Counted from the first letter of the whole stretch, positions 50,517 to 62,689 are shown. The stretch: DNA of 62,689 nucleotides, filler included, from Diploschistes diacapsis (GCA_023645945.1; 14 parts of 14 records of this genome joined end to end with filler, not necessarily neighbours in it), one strand, 5' to 3'. Made by a program: numbers and translations. The notes: generated by a model not told the origin, from the letters alone.

Positions 50517-51927
50517 ATGGCCTCAACAGGCGGCCTCACACGGCGGCGCGGAGGCGGGGCCGGCGCCAATGCCGACAGCGAGACCGCCGGCCGCAGTGGC
50601 TCGCCGGCGCCAAAAGCCGGACCTTCGGACAGGAACCCGGAGACTTCGTACACGAGCGGCGAAAACGGGCACAAGATTGCATTCGATCCGAGGGACATAA
50701 GTGAGAGCCGGGAGCGGAGCAAGCAGCCCAAGCTCACGCTTATGGAGGAGACGCTTTTGATGGGGTTGAAGGACAAGCAGGTGAGATGGGACTTCTTTCC
50801 TTTACGGGCGGAGGGGGAGCGGGGCGTAGCGAAAGAGATGATGGAACATGGGCCTAGGACCGGAGATGGGCTGGATAATGGCTGACTGGGGCTTTGCGTG
50901 TAGGGTTATCTCTCTTTCTGGAACGACAATATCTCCTACGCTTTACGAGGGTGCATAGTGATGGAGCTCGCTTTTAGGGGGAGGATAAGTATGCAGAAGG
51001 ACTCGTCGCGGCGGCGGTTTCCGCTATCAGACAGGATAATCGAGGTGGTGGACGATACGCTGACGGGGGAGGTGCTGCTGGACGAGGCACTGAAGATGAT
51101 GAAGAGCAGTGAGAAAATGAGCGTCAGCTCATGGATCGATTTGATGAGTGGTACGTGGAAATATATATGAGTGGTGTCATCTAGTCTGGCGGAATCCCCT
51201 TACAAGGGGCTTTTCTGCTTTACCACACACTCTTGTTAACCGTAACGTTGGAAAGTACAAGTGCTGACACATCCCACAGGGGAAACATGGAACCTGATGA
51301 AAATCGGCTACCAGCTCAAGCACGTCCGAGAACGCCTGGCCAAAGGGCTCGTGGACAAGGGCATCCTGCGCACGGAAAAGCGCAACTTCCTCCTCTTCGA
51401 CATGGCCACACACCCAGTCGCCGACGGCGGCGCCAAGGACGAGATCCGCCGGCGCGTCCGCATCCTCCTCACCAGCCGCACCGTCGTGCTCCCGCCCTCG
51501 CAGTTCCTGCCGGAAGACATGGAGCTCAGGTACCTGCGGACCGTGGCGATGGTGTGCGCGGCCTACGCGGCGAATGTGCTTGAGAACGCGCTGAGTAGCC
51601 TGGGGCACGAGAGCAGGGAGAGGGCGTTTGCGCAGGTGGACGAGCTGTTGGCGGAGTACAGCCAGTGGCCGTTTCAGCGGAAGGCGAGTGGAGGGCAGGG
51701 GGTGGCGGCGAATTTGAGTCAGGTTATTGGGGAGGAGGTGAGCGGGGCCAGGGATAGGGAGTTGCAGTTTGAGGTGAGTGGGATTTCTTTTCCGTGATCC
51801 AAGTGTAGATGGGCTCATGGCTACTTCGTTGTTGACAGCGGTTGAGCGGCTGGTGATGCTGACGTGTGGAACATAGGTCGTGGCGGCTTGCCTGAGCGTC
51901 TTCACGCGGCTAGACTCGTTATTGTAG
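50517..51927 (+). CDS. VPS74: Golgi phosphoprotein 3 / Vps74, 4 exons
   Basis: [11 protein letters not shown]...[46 protein letters not shown]...[52 protein letters not shown]...|[16 protein letters not shown]. Confidence 0.97.
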
Positions 51928-52904
51928 TTGCTGCTTGAACGGCCAGGTGATTGGCTTACTAGGTCGTGCTTCGCTGGGACGGATTGTCTTCCGTAGAAGG
52001 CGGGCAAGGGGTAATAGGGGCCATGAGGTAGCCAGTCACGAAATATACCACGCTGGCACAACGCGTGGAGTCTTGGCGAAAAAGTGGAACACTTGGTATT
52101 TATACTATTCGATCTGTTTGCGTTACAAGACATGTTGCTGCTACTACCATATCCATGCTGCTGGGGCACGGGCGAACTGGTCACAACTCGCGATGCTTAG
52201 CAAATTGCATGCTAGGTGAGGGAAAGATAAAACATCACAATGTTCACATAACCAGAGCTTCATGTTGAGCTCCCTACGTATGCGATTTCCCTCTTCCCGT
52301 CCTTCTTCCAATGCTATTACTAAAAAACTATAAATCATTCTGGTATCTTCATAGCTGGGGCTTGGCAGCCTCGACCTCGAGCTTTTCCCATGCGGAAAAA
52401 GGTATGGAATATTCGGCCCGACGCTTCTCAATTCGTTTCCAACTCCCGCGCGTATACGAACCCACTGCTCTTCCAAGGGTAAGTAAGCCTGATCCATGAA
52501 TGCTTAGGTACGAGGTAGTACTGCAGCTATTTCCCGAAGCAACTGTCAGGTAGCTACGGATTCCAGAGGCTGATGATAGCTTCGACCTACAAAGTAAGGG
52601 CCCAGCCCAAAGGTGAAAAAAGTAGTCGGCACTTCTGTAACCTTATCGTCCACCGATATCTCTTTAAACAGCCCGGCATGGGGCAGCACTTATGCTGCAG
52701 AGCATCTTCCTCCCCTGGCCGGGCTCTGCCGATGGGGGGACGTCATAGCACAAAACCTGGCCGTGCTTCCGGGTATCTGCTGGGAATTCTCCATGGTGCA
52801 TCTGGGAATTTCCCATTCGCGCAGGATATGTCAAGGCAGGCTAATCCAAAGGCCTGCAAGATTCGGGTGCGTACGGGGAAGGGGGTCCATTGCAGCGGGA
52901 CATA

Positions 52905-53007
52905 CAAAGCGCCGGTTTAGTAACCGCTAGGCCACATGGCCCAAAAGACCAGCAATACTGGATTCTGCCAGTATTGAATTAAACTGACATATATGTGCGA
53001 GACCACA
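52905..53007. other. Dispersed ~100-nt element, copy 2 (candidate structured ncRNA or small repeat)
   Basis: Homologous to 17623-17722; perfect 9-bp hairpin CAATACTGG-attctg-CCAGTATTG. Confidence 0.7.
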
Positions 53008-54561
53008 GTGGCTATCTTTCCACGCCATCTCGCCGCCCTTTGTGCGTACATGTGCTGTGGGATTTTGAGAGACCTGGCGAGTTGGAGAGACACCAGGCCA
53101 AAAATTGGAGAAACTGCTGTTGGGGATACTTTACGAATACTGGGCCGGGGGGGTTACACATCGGGTAAAGTAAGTACCTTGTCCCGGCGGAAAAAGGCTT
53201 GTACACCTGCCTTTTTAGACTTTGCTCGCTGGCTGCCGCAAACAGGTACGGAGAAACCCCCGGGGGGTTTGTGAAACTGTGCGAGATTTGAAATTCCCCA
53301 ACGTGATGATGATATAATAGGTGCAGCAGTCAACGTGTGGCTGCAAGGGACAATCATGAGAAATCTAAAATCCCAGATAGACTATATGATTCTCTACACG
53401 ATATATCATATGGCATACGTTGTCTTGGCATTGGGCATATACAAAGCGATTTCCCTCGGGGATGAGATACTGAACTATAACGTACCTTATCTCTCAAATT
53501 GTGGCGTACCTGTGACCTCCTTTGGCACGCGCTGAGGCTGTGATATTACCTTTTCTGGACTTGCTTTTGCAAAGTCGCCGAAGTACCGCAACTCAACCTT
53601 GGGCACCACGATAGCTATAACCCATTCGAGGCCGTCGACATTCCAAGGTCGTTCGTTATCAAAGACAGAACCTTTGAGAAGAGCATGAATACAATTGAAT
53701 CACGGTCGACATGCGAGCACTCAATGGTACAGACACTTGAAAGGATGCGGGTGTGGGATGCGCAAGATAAATTCCGCTTGTTTGACATTGCGGCAGGTGG
53801 GGAGAGGGTGGAGAGGTGTTGGCTCGGCAATTCAGTTGCTGTTAGTTTGGTTAGTGCCGAGGCTGATCGATCGTCTTTACCAAAGCTTCATCGTTTGGTT
53901 CCCTTCCTTCCAGCCCCGCAGGATGTTGCTGTGTCACGGAAAAGTTATAGGGGGTTTTCATTCAGCACATGGCTGCTTGCATTGTCCTTCTTGAATGTGC
54001 TGACTGAAAGAGATAGATAGGCTGGGATTTCTGACGACCTTGAAGGGTGGGAAAAGATCCCAGATGGTTGGGGGCTGAGTTTGTGGGATTGGCGACTCGG
54101 AAACGATCGTAGCTAAGCCTGTTAGGGACCTCGTTTATCTATCTTGCAGTCAGATCTGACCCTTAACCTTAACGGGTACAAGATCTGTAAAGTGGCTTTC
54201 CACAGCATTCTCTATTGGCTGGAAGAGACTCCGAAGTCCCTCTACACTATCGACTGGTGTTGCAGAACTTGCAGCCAAACAGAATCGCCATGCGCCTTTC
54301 GCATGCTTTACCCATTGCTGCCCTGCCTGACCGCCTCCCCCCATTCCTTCTAGGGCCTGCTGCCACCATGCCACAGCGGCTGGCACCATGTCAAATTGCC
54401 GATCTGGCTTGGTTCTTGGTTCTTGGTTCTATGCTTTGTCAAGCCACTCGATTATTCTGTCGGACGCTATCGTTCACTACTCCCCCAATAAAGAAACCGG
54501 CCTTCGAAGTTCGGAAAGAAACCCGAGCCCCATACGAGATTTTCAACTGGCTTTCTATTTC

Positions 54562-54619
54562 CCCCCCGTTTCCCCGTTTCCCCGTTTCCCGTTTCCCGTT
54601 TTCTGTTTTCTGTTTTCTT
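54562..54619. repeat. Degenerate (TTTCCCCG)-like tandem repeat grading into (TTTTCTG)
   Basis: ccccgtttccccgtttccccgtttcccgtttcccgttttctgttttctgttttc seen directly. Confidence 0.75.
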
Positions 54620-55377
54620 CAAGCGTACTGTATCCGGCTAGGTTCCCCCACTATAAGCACCTGTTCCCCCCTTGGCCTCTTGGAGCCCGCTATTCCTCAT
54701 CTTCAATATTCTAGCCCAAAACGGCAGGCCACTGGATGACTATCCTATCCTAGAACTATGCCGTCCACACAAAGTTCACAACCCGAACCCCCCCCCCCAC
54801 CACCAACGGTGTGTGAGGTGAAGTCTTTGCTCAGATTCTCCCCCCTTCTCTGCTCGCGTTTGTTTTGCACTGTTCCCCTCCAATCCCCGTTGTTCTTGGA
54901 GCACTTTCCGAACATCTGTCTGCGGATCACCCTCCGGCCTTTTCTTCCATGAATCTCTACCCAGATTCCATGCTGTGTTTGAACCCTGAGATCTGGCTTC
55001 ACAAATAATAACGTGTCGGGTTTTTACGAGCTCCCACTTCCTCCTCGATCAGCGCGCCTTTTTCTTATGTCCGTGCAGCGAGATCTGTCTCTTAGCTAGC
55101 CCTTGATAGATCTCGTACCACCCTATCATTAAGATCTTCCCTCCCTCGCCTAAACCTCCGCTACATATCGTACTTCCCACCCCAATATCTTTTTCATTCC
55201 TCTACCTCTTCGTCTCCCCGTTACTGCCCACATCTTCTGAGAAAGAAACCTTTCCTTCCTCCTCTTCTTTCATACCATCCTACCTATTGTTGAGCCAACT
55301 CCTGCCGACTCAACAGGCACCCTTATCTCGGATTCTGCGCATTGAGCAGCATTGCTATTATTATTATTATTATTAAG

Positions 55378-56000
55378 ATGCCTCCGCTGCGCACTTATTC
55401 TTCCATCAAGCCAGTAAAGACGGAGAGGACCCACGAGGAGAACCAAGAAAGGTTTGAAAGCCGGTTGTGTTTCTCTTGACATGTACTCATGCGTTCCAGA
55501 GCATACATTGCAGCTTCGCGACGAAGTGATCGGAGCCTCGAAGCCCGTGTCGAGTCTGCGCGGAGAGCGTCAGAAATCCACAAAAGACGGACGGGCAGGT
55601 CCTTGAAGGTTACCGAGCAAGATGTCATCAACGAGGAGATGTACGAGGAAGAGGACGATGACCTTCCCATGCAATACCGCCGCCTCACGGCTCATCTGCA
55701 GACCGGTTCTGCCGACTTCAACCGCCGACTGGCTGCCTATCTCACGAACCACGTCGCTATGAGGAGTGCTCTGGACCAAGCAATCACCGACTCTTACGCA
55801 CAGCAATATCCGAATGCCCCGGATTTCCTTCATAATCAACATCCAGTCTTTCCGTCGCCAATAATGACCCAGGGTCTTCCGATGGCTCCACCTGGCAGTG
55901 TCCCTCAATCCGCTCCTGCAACGACTACGAGCCAACATCATCCCTACCGGCAAACGCCGTATCCCATGCCAGGTGCGGCCAGCTATCGACCATCTCAGCA

Positions 56001-56046
<46 letters not shown>

Positions 56047-56060
56047 CAACAACAACAACT

Positions 56061-56096
<36 letters not shown>

Positions 56097-56823
56097 CAAG
56101 CGCTCGGCCTCCACGACTTCGCCATACCCTACATCAGTCGCTCATCAAAGCTACAACAGCAGCCCCGTTGAGCCTCCAAAGCCTCAACTTAGCGTCCGGA
56201 GGATGTCGATGCCCGCAGCCGCCGCCTCTACGCCAACGACTCCACTGGAGGAACCACAAGAACTGGCCAACGGCTCTTCGAAGTCATCTCCATCAATGAA
56301 GATGGCATCCCCTGCTCCAGATCATGCTCGGAATGCGCGACAGCCAATGGGCCCGCCATCCTCTCATCAACGATCCGACGTTATGCAGAAGACGAGCATC
56401 GGTCCATTTACTATGGCATTACCTCAGAATTCCCAGATGCTTCTCGGTCCAGTATTCAATACCGACGACCCTTTCGGCTCGATGATGATGGCGGGCAACC
56501 ACAACCCGACGCCTGGTTATTTCGACATGAACAACTACAATCCGGGAAAGGACTTCTCACTTTATCCCTCTCCAGAAGGGATGAACGCTACGCTGGCGCC
56601 TAGTGCTTTGAACATGTCGCCATCCGGCCAGGCTTCCACGGACTTGAACAGCAACCAATTCCAGGGCCTGGCTGGCATGGGCACTGACATGAACCTGCAC
56701 CTGGGTGATCTCAAGGGCGTTGAGTTTGTAGGCACTGGCCAGAGCGCAATCAATACGCCTTCCGCGGATGCGTCATGGGATACCTTCATCAACGAGCACC
56801 CGTGGTCCGAGAACAACACATGA
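55378..56823 (+). CDS. Uncharacterised fungal protein with charged N-terminal domain and polyQ / Pro-Ser-Met-rich disordered tail (regulator-like), 2 exons
   Basis: ATG 55378, intron 55452-55499. KPVKTERTHEENQERAYIAASRRSDRSLEARVESARRASEIHKRRTGRSLKVTEQDVINEEMYEEEDDDLP. An additional upstream exon cannot be excluded. Confidence 0.85.
55996..56094 (+). repeat. Coding CAG/CAA repeat (polyglutamine, about 31 Q in 33 codons)
   Basis: (CAG)n, (CAA)n and (CAGCAA)n blocks seen directly. Confidence 0.97.
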
Positions 56824-58004
56824 AAGTCTCGCCCTGGATACGTTCTTGGGGATACTACCAGACTAGCCTTTTCTAGTTTTGCATTCACAGAGCAAGCGTG
56901 CAAGCTCGCTATTGCGCATATCCTGCAGCGAGGCATAGGATATTCGCTCGAAACCGCTCAACGCAACTCAGGGCCCTTCGGAGTTAGCACGAAGTGATTG
57001 AGGCGCTTCTATCGGTTTCGTCGATTTTCACCCCACTCTTCTCCCGACGGGTAATAATTTCTGGCGTTCCTTTCCAACTTATCATTTCACCTACCGAGGC
57101 ATTATACATCTTCCCGCATCGCTCTTCCAGCAGCGAAATCTGCTTAGGCGATAGGGACTTTGCTGCCACGACTTCATTGGAATACGGAAGACTCGGTGTC
57201 GTCTAAATCTTCAGTATATACTTGTTGTCTCCGTTTTTCGGGGGGGTTCGTTTTGCCAATGAATGGCTTCCCTGCTGTGGCTAGCCGAAGGCTGCCGATG
57301 ATCGACCTGGAAGATGGTCTCGCGCAGCTTGAAGTTGCCTCGGAGCGTTGTTCAGCAGCTGTACTTGTATCTATCTTATTTAATCGATCGACGAAAACTA
57401 ATGACGCTCTGAGAGCCCCTCTGACCCAAGAAAAATGCTTTGTTTAATCGTGCTTCTCTTCTCACATCGCTCCTGATTCTACTTCTGCCAACCCTGACCC
57501 TTTCCACCGCACAAGCAGCCGTGGCTGTCTCATCCACCTACCTAATAAGCCCCAAATTCCAACCACATCAACCCAACGCTCCCCGAGCTCTCGACCACCA
57601 GCCTAGCACCAAGGTCGGTGCTCGTCCAGCGCCCATATACCGTGCCCTCCTCCCCCCCCCCCTACACCTTACGGTTCCAAGCTCTCCCCGAACCCCAGCG
57701 CCAAGGCCAGACAGAGTATCCCGCCCCGCGCGACCCACGATCGCAGCAGCGCAAGCATGTGTGCTTCAGCATCGTCCGGACTTCCCTCTCCCTCTTCCTC
57801 TGCCAGGGGCAGACTCCCATCACGTCTCCGCCAAAAACCTCCGGCCCCCTCCCCCCCAGAAAGAAAAACCAAAAAAAAAACGAGAAAACTGAGGCAGGGC
57901 CCACNNNNNNNNNNNNNNNNNNNNNNNNNNNNNNNNNNNNNNNNNNNNTTAATTAATTAANNNNNNNNNNNNNNNNNNNNNNNNNNNNNNNNNNNNNNNN
58001 NNNN

Positions 58005-58262
58005 TACTATCACACTACTGCATCTTATCCTTTACAATTTTATTGCGTATATTTTTATATCTTACGGGATCCGCTAAACCTTATTACCCGTATTATTTCT
58101 AATAGGTCTAATTAAGATTCCATAGGATTCTAAAAGGTTCAGCTGAATTGAACTAAACTAAACCTCGATAAATTCAACTGAACTAAATTTCCCGGGTTCT
58201 TCCAGTGAACCTCTTGGAACAAGCTGAGCTCACAGCCATGCCTTCCGTCTGCCTGCTCAACA
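58005..58262 (-). mobile_element. Copia-type LTR (partial), related to 35440-35623
   Basis: Reverse complement begins TGTTGAGCAGGCAGACGGAAGGCATGGCTG versus TGTTGAACAGGCAGGCAGAATGCATGGCTG; both contain TTAGCGGATCCC. Confidence 0.75.
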
Positions 58263-58621
58263 AATTTTATCATATTTTTATTATATTTTTTTAAAGTAAT
58301 AATAGAGTATAGAACCTTAAATTCTTTAATAATAAAAATAAGCCTAATAAACGAAAATTATAAGAATAAAATAAATGAAAAATTTTTGCCGTTAATGTCC
58401 GTTCTTCGGGATATGAGATAAAAGGGTTTTCTCCGGTTAAAATCTTTACGACTCGTATTTTTAATTATGGATCTTAATCCTAGACAATTTATTATTCGGG
58501 ATGTTTAAAATTTCTTGATCTTCTTACTGGACCTGTGTACTTCAACGGGAACGGTTTGTTTCTCCGATGATGGATCTATAATCGTAATTTTAACGGATCT
58601 ATTCTTGCCGTAATTAGACTA

Positions 58622-59434
58622 ACGTGTTTCACGGGGATTCCGGCCACCCCCAGATTCCGGCCACTTTTGCCAAGAAATAGTTTTTATCTTCAATAATTCT
58701 TCGAAATTAAACGTTATTTTTTTTTTGAAAATATTACTTTTCAATCAATTATCTATTACATATAAAAAGTGCACATTGATTACGGCATCAGTTAATTTTT
58801 TAAGCGAATTAAAAATAACGACTCGAAAAAGTGGATTTTCGAATCTTTTAAAATCTCCTTTAAACACGCAAAAAATATTTTGTTTAAATAATCTATTATA
58901 AGCAGTTCTATGCGTAGATTTCATTAAAAATATAAAAAAAGCATTTTTCTTGACGTTATACTGTCGTTGTGTGACCTTTTTCATCATTTTCAGTCATTTT
59001 AGAAAATTTAGATTAAGCGAAAACTAGCCGTTGTATGGCCAAATTATTTAAAATCTTTCGGATTTTTAAGAACAAAGCCCCACAACGACTGTATAACGTG
59101 GAAACAATATTGTTTTTATAGTTTTAATGAAATCTACGCATAAAACCGCTCATAATAGATCATTTGAATAATATATTTTTTGCTTGGTTAAAGCAGATTT
59201 TAAAAGATTCAAAAGTCTACTTTTTCGAGTCGTTATTTTTAATTCGCTTAAAAAATTAACTGATGACGTAATAAATATTTATTTTTTATATATGATAGAT
59301 AATTGATTAAAAAGTAATACTCCGAAAAAAATATAAAAATAACGATTAATTTCGAAGAATTATTGAAGATTTAAACTATTTCTTGGCAAAAGTGGCCGGA
59401 ATCTGGGGGTGGCCGGAATCCCCGTGAAACACGT
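58622..59434. mobile_element. Complete 813-bp fold-back MITE carrying Pogo family 1 TIRs, TA target-site duplication
   Basis: TA at 58620-58621 and 59435-59436; perfect outer TIRs; imperfect inverted arms about 58622-58972 and 59081-59434; no transposase. Confidence 0.93.
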
Positions 59435-59599
59435 TACCTAAGCCGTTATACTCGTCTATAACGGCGAGTTTTTTTAAATAATCCTGACCGAGCACGTTAN
59501 NNNNNNNNNNNNNNNNNNNNNNNNNNNNNNNNNNNNNNNNNNNTTAATTAATTAANNNNNNNNNNNNNNNNNNNNNNNNNNNNNNNNNNNNNNNNNNNN

Positions 59600-60757
59600 T
59601 TTCTATACTATTCGACGTATTATATTTCTTAAATTCGGGTTTATTTTATTGATAACGTGTATCGTCGCTTCTTATTTTATAATATTCACGAAATTCATCC
59701 GTATCCTATACGTTATTATTATAAATTCTTTTCGTATTATTTTTGCCTTTCGTCTAAATATCGTTATTTATTCTTTTATTTTCTCGATTACGGCTTTTAT
59801 TTTCTTTTAATTTATTACGAATTTCACGTTCCCGTTAAAGAACCGTCGGGCTGCAATAATGTTTTTTATTTTAACTTTCTTCGCGTCCGTTACTAGCTCG
59901 GGTCTATTCCGTTGCTTTTTCGTCTGTATTTTATTTCTTAACCGAATTGTAATTTTTTTAATCGTTCTTTTTAATATTTTTATTACCCTGTTCTCTCTCC
60001 CGGGGGTAGAACCCATCATTTGAACCTAGCTCTTGTTCCCGATGTTGCTGCGGTTATTTTCTTGTTTTTCTATAGTTTTCTATATCGCTTTTATACCTTC
60101 TTTAATCGTGTTTAATCTTTCTTTTAATTTTGACGCGTTTTTTCTGCGATTAAGTTCCGACGCGCCGGCGCCATTTCCGCGTATCGCTTCCGTTATTATA
60201 ATTTAAAATTATATTAATCTTTCGTTCTACCTTATTTTCACGTATGCCTCGATTGCTTGTATTACGTTTTTTAATCTATCTTTCGCGTTCGAGCTCCCCG
60301 TCGGCCCGCATGCGCGGTCCTGCTAGGGATAAGACGCGTCACGACGCGACTCTCTTCCTCCTCGTTACGTCGTTGCCATCTCTCCGTTGTTGCCCTAGGG
60401 GCTAATAAATTATTAAACGTATGATTCCGTTCAATAAAGAATTTCCTGGTTCTCGTCTCTTTAGATATTCCAACGATTATAGATTAATCCCGAGTAATAA
60501 TTAAAAATATTTATAAAAATAAACACGTCCTAAATTTATAGAAACTATAACGACGTTTTTATATAATTTAAGACGATAGCCAATTACCGATAATAAGCTA
60601 TCGCGATAGTGCTATCATTAATAAATAATTGTCCGAGTAGATCTGTCTTTGACAGACATCTGTCACCGGGTATCTATCAATCACGTGACCCGCGTCACCG
60701 TGGTTGGCTATATACAGAAAAGCTGGGACGTGCCAAGTCTGGTACTTGGATCGTAAT
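59600..60757 (-). mobile_element. LTR retrotransposon 5' part: LTR (about 60757-60411) and RIP-degraded gag-like region
   Basis: LTR homologous to 34669-35123, followed on the minus strand by ATGGCAACG and stop-riddled coding-like sequence. Confidence 0.65.
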
Positions 60758-61094
60758 AGTAGTGTCCGTGTCCGTGCTTTTATTATAATGTAGTGTCCGT
60801 GGAAGTATCCGTGTTTTAAAATTTTTAGTCGTAATATCCGTGTCCGTGCTTTTATTATAATATAATATCCGTGGAAATGTTCGTGTTTTAAAATTTTTAG
60901 TCGTAATATCCGTATTAATTGATTTATTGCCGTATCCGTGCATTCATCGAAACACTTTTAAATAATATTTATTTTTTAATAATTCTAGAATTATCACGTT
61001 TATTTTTCACGTTTTTATTTTTTTATCGCGGTGTTTCGGTGGATTCACGATAGTATTTCGATAAATTCACTACAATATAATGTCCGTGATAGTG
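60758..61094 (-). repeat. 72-bp array of the hAT-like element (internal part)
   Basis: GTGTCCGTGTCCGTGCTTTTATTATAATGTAGTGTCCGTGGAAGTATCCGTGTTTTAAAATTTTTAGTCGTAA units. Confidence 0.85.
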
Positions 61095-61194
61095 NNNNNN
61101 NNNNNNNNNNNNNNNNNNNNNNNNNNNNNNNNNNNNNNTTAATTAATTAANNNNNNNNNNNNNNNNNNNNNNNNNNNNNNNNNNNNNNNNNNNN

Positions 61195-61387
61195 GTATCC
61201 GTATTAATATTAATATTTTAAAATTTTTAATTGTAATATCCGTGTCCGTGCTTTTATTATAATGTAATATCCGTGTCAGTATCCGTGTTTTAAAATTTTA
61301 GCTGTCGTGTCCGTGTCAGTGTCCGTGTTTTGAAAATTTTTGCTGCAGTGTCCGTGTCAGTGACCGTGGCACGAAACGGCCAGCCTA
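61195..61387 (-). mobile_element. hAT-like element, end type A (second copy), plus array
   Basis: Ends ...GTGTCAGTGACCGTGGCACGAAACGGCCAGCCTA, the reverse complement of the 27854 terminus. Confidence 0.75.
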
Positions 61388-61876
61388 GGCTGAACGCTAC
61401 AAGGTCAAGAATCTAGAAAAAATATAAAAGTTCTTAGGCATGAGAGTTCAGCGATAGCGCAGTTCAGGTTCAAGTTCAGCAAGTTCAGCTAAACTAACCC
61501 TAGATCAAGAGACATACGTCGAAAAGATGCTCTAGCGTTTCAAGATGATAACGGACATATACAAGAACCAAAAGATACCGCTTAATAGATATAACGGTAT
61601 TAAATTAAGTAAGGAATCTTCCGAAATAACCAATAAAACATAATATTAAAAGATTATTAGTAGTATTATGCATTTAATGATTTATACGAGATCAGATATC
61701 GCATTTATTATTAAAAAGTTAAGTTAGTACATAACTAACTCATATATCCATCATTTATATACCTTAAAGGGACTACTCCGTTACATTCGAAAGACAAAAG
61801 ATATTAAAGTTTAATTCAACTTTAAACCTAAACTTTCGAAATCACGGAAATATTCCTGTAACGGTTAATACTACAG
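61388..61876 (+). mobile_element. RIP-degraded Ty1/Copia reverse transcriptase (RVT_2) fragment
   Basis: YKVKNLEKI*KFLGMRV...LDQETYVEKML*RFKM...Y*KIISSIMHLMIYTRSDIAFIIKKLS*Y...LKGLLRYI (TRPDI motif). Confidence 0.85.
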
Positions 61877-62088
61877 TGTGACAATAAGGCAGATAAGTGG
61901 CTATTCGCTAGCTAGGTCTCTGCTAGACGATAGATGTATTGATGAAATAACTTCTGAAGAACTATCTCTGCCTGCGAAAATTCTGTTCTTATATAAGAAC
62001 ACGCTAGCGGGCTTTGGTATATACTTGACATACCTTCTAGTAGCCCCTTATTGGGTTCTACGTATTACAATTATCCTTTCCTTTCCTA
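61877..62088 (-). mobile_element. 3' LTR (62069-61877, 193 bp) with preceding PPT
   Basis: Minus strand AGGAAAGGAAAGGATAAT, then TGTAATAC...TTGTCACA. Confidence 0.7.
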
Positions 62089-62689
62089 AGCTCTGTTTTC
62101 AGAGCGTTTAACCCTCGTAACGTGTCTTTATTGTTAGTTATACGATAATAAATTTTTAACGTGTCGTTAATCTTTTATGTTCTGATAATATTAATTATTA
62201 ATATATAGTTTTATTTAATGTTTATTAATTCCTAGCTAGCGCGTCGACGGCGAGTCGTTAATACTTTGATATGTTATTATTATTAATTCATTATTAGCGT
62301 GGATTTAGTATAAAAACTCTATTTTTTTCATCTTTTCTTTTCTTTCTTTGTTCCTATTCTCGTTAACTACTTGTTTTATTCTTATCGAATTTTTATTACC
62401 ATGTTTGAGAGCGAAGACGTCCCTATTACCTTCAAAAATGAGGGCATTCGCCCTAAAAAGATAAAAATAGCGACGTGTTATCGTGTTGTTACTAACAAGC
62501 CAGCGCATCGTTACCCCGAAACATAAGTTAAAGAAATTCGCTTATATTCGATATACGAAGCAGATCCTAACCCGTTTATATTTTTATAGCGATGTCCCAA
62601 CGACTCGCTTAATTTACGACGTTTATTATAAAGAATATTATGTTTATAAACCGATAAGCCGACGAACCATAAACGAAATATTTATTAAT

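Noticed and set aside
51177..52184. 335-aa minus-strand ORF
   Set aside because: Antisense shadow of GC-rich VPS74 exons; no recognisable motif.
52570..52630. CTGATGA...GAAA as a hammerhead ribozyme core or box C of a snoRNA
   Set aside because: No stem II closing directly between the core motifs, no stems I and III, and no suitably placed box D.
52920..52945. tRNA gene starting GGGCCATGTGGCCTAGCGGTTA on the minus strand
   Set aside because: A-box-like only; no anticodon arm, T-loop/B-box or acceptor-stem partner found.
55570..56097. Poly-Leu, poly-Ala/Val and poly-Ser/Asn ORFs
   Set aside because: Antisense and alternative-frame readings of the CAG/CAA tract.

Overview
The window is not one locus. 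It is 14 contigs of a filamentous ascomycete assembly (Pezizomycotina; short GT-AG introns with CTRAC branch points), joined by artificial 100-nt spacers (N44-TTAATTAATTAA-N44). Two gene-rich contigs of about 21.7 kb carry intron-containing genes. Contig 1-21710 has a ketopantoate-reductase-like gene, CNL1, MTC5/WDR59, UBC13, a DUF3716-like gene, a Cys-rich orphan, RPL24 and a partial GNA1. Contig 36212-57904 has UBP2, NDUFA11, TBCC, NDUFS8, mitochondrial ACP, a frameshifted DUF2235 hydrolase, VPS74 and a polyQ protein. Twelve contigs of about 1.5 kb are mostly AT-rich, RIP-degraded, nested transposon junctions: two Pogo/Fot1 families, Gypsy chromoviruses, Copia elements, and a hAT-like element built on a 72-bp satellite. 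Most notable observations: (1) a ~100-nt non-coding, apparently structured element present in intergenic DNA of both gene-rich contigs; (2) an 813-bp fold-back MITE with ~350-bp arms, both ends carrying the Pogo 3'-type TIR; (3) a probable non-canonical GA-AG intron in TBCC; (4) three respiratory complex I genes within 5.7 kb; (5) repeated C-rich-then-G-rich skew blocks that extend into codon third positions; (6) a CpG-sparing RIP signature. All calls come from manual reading; no database search was run.
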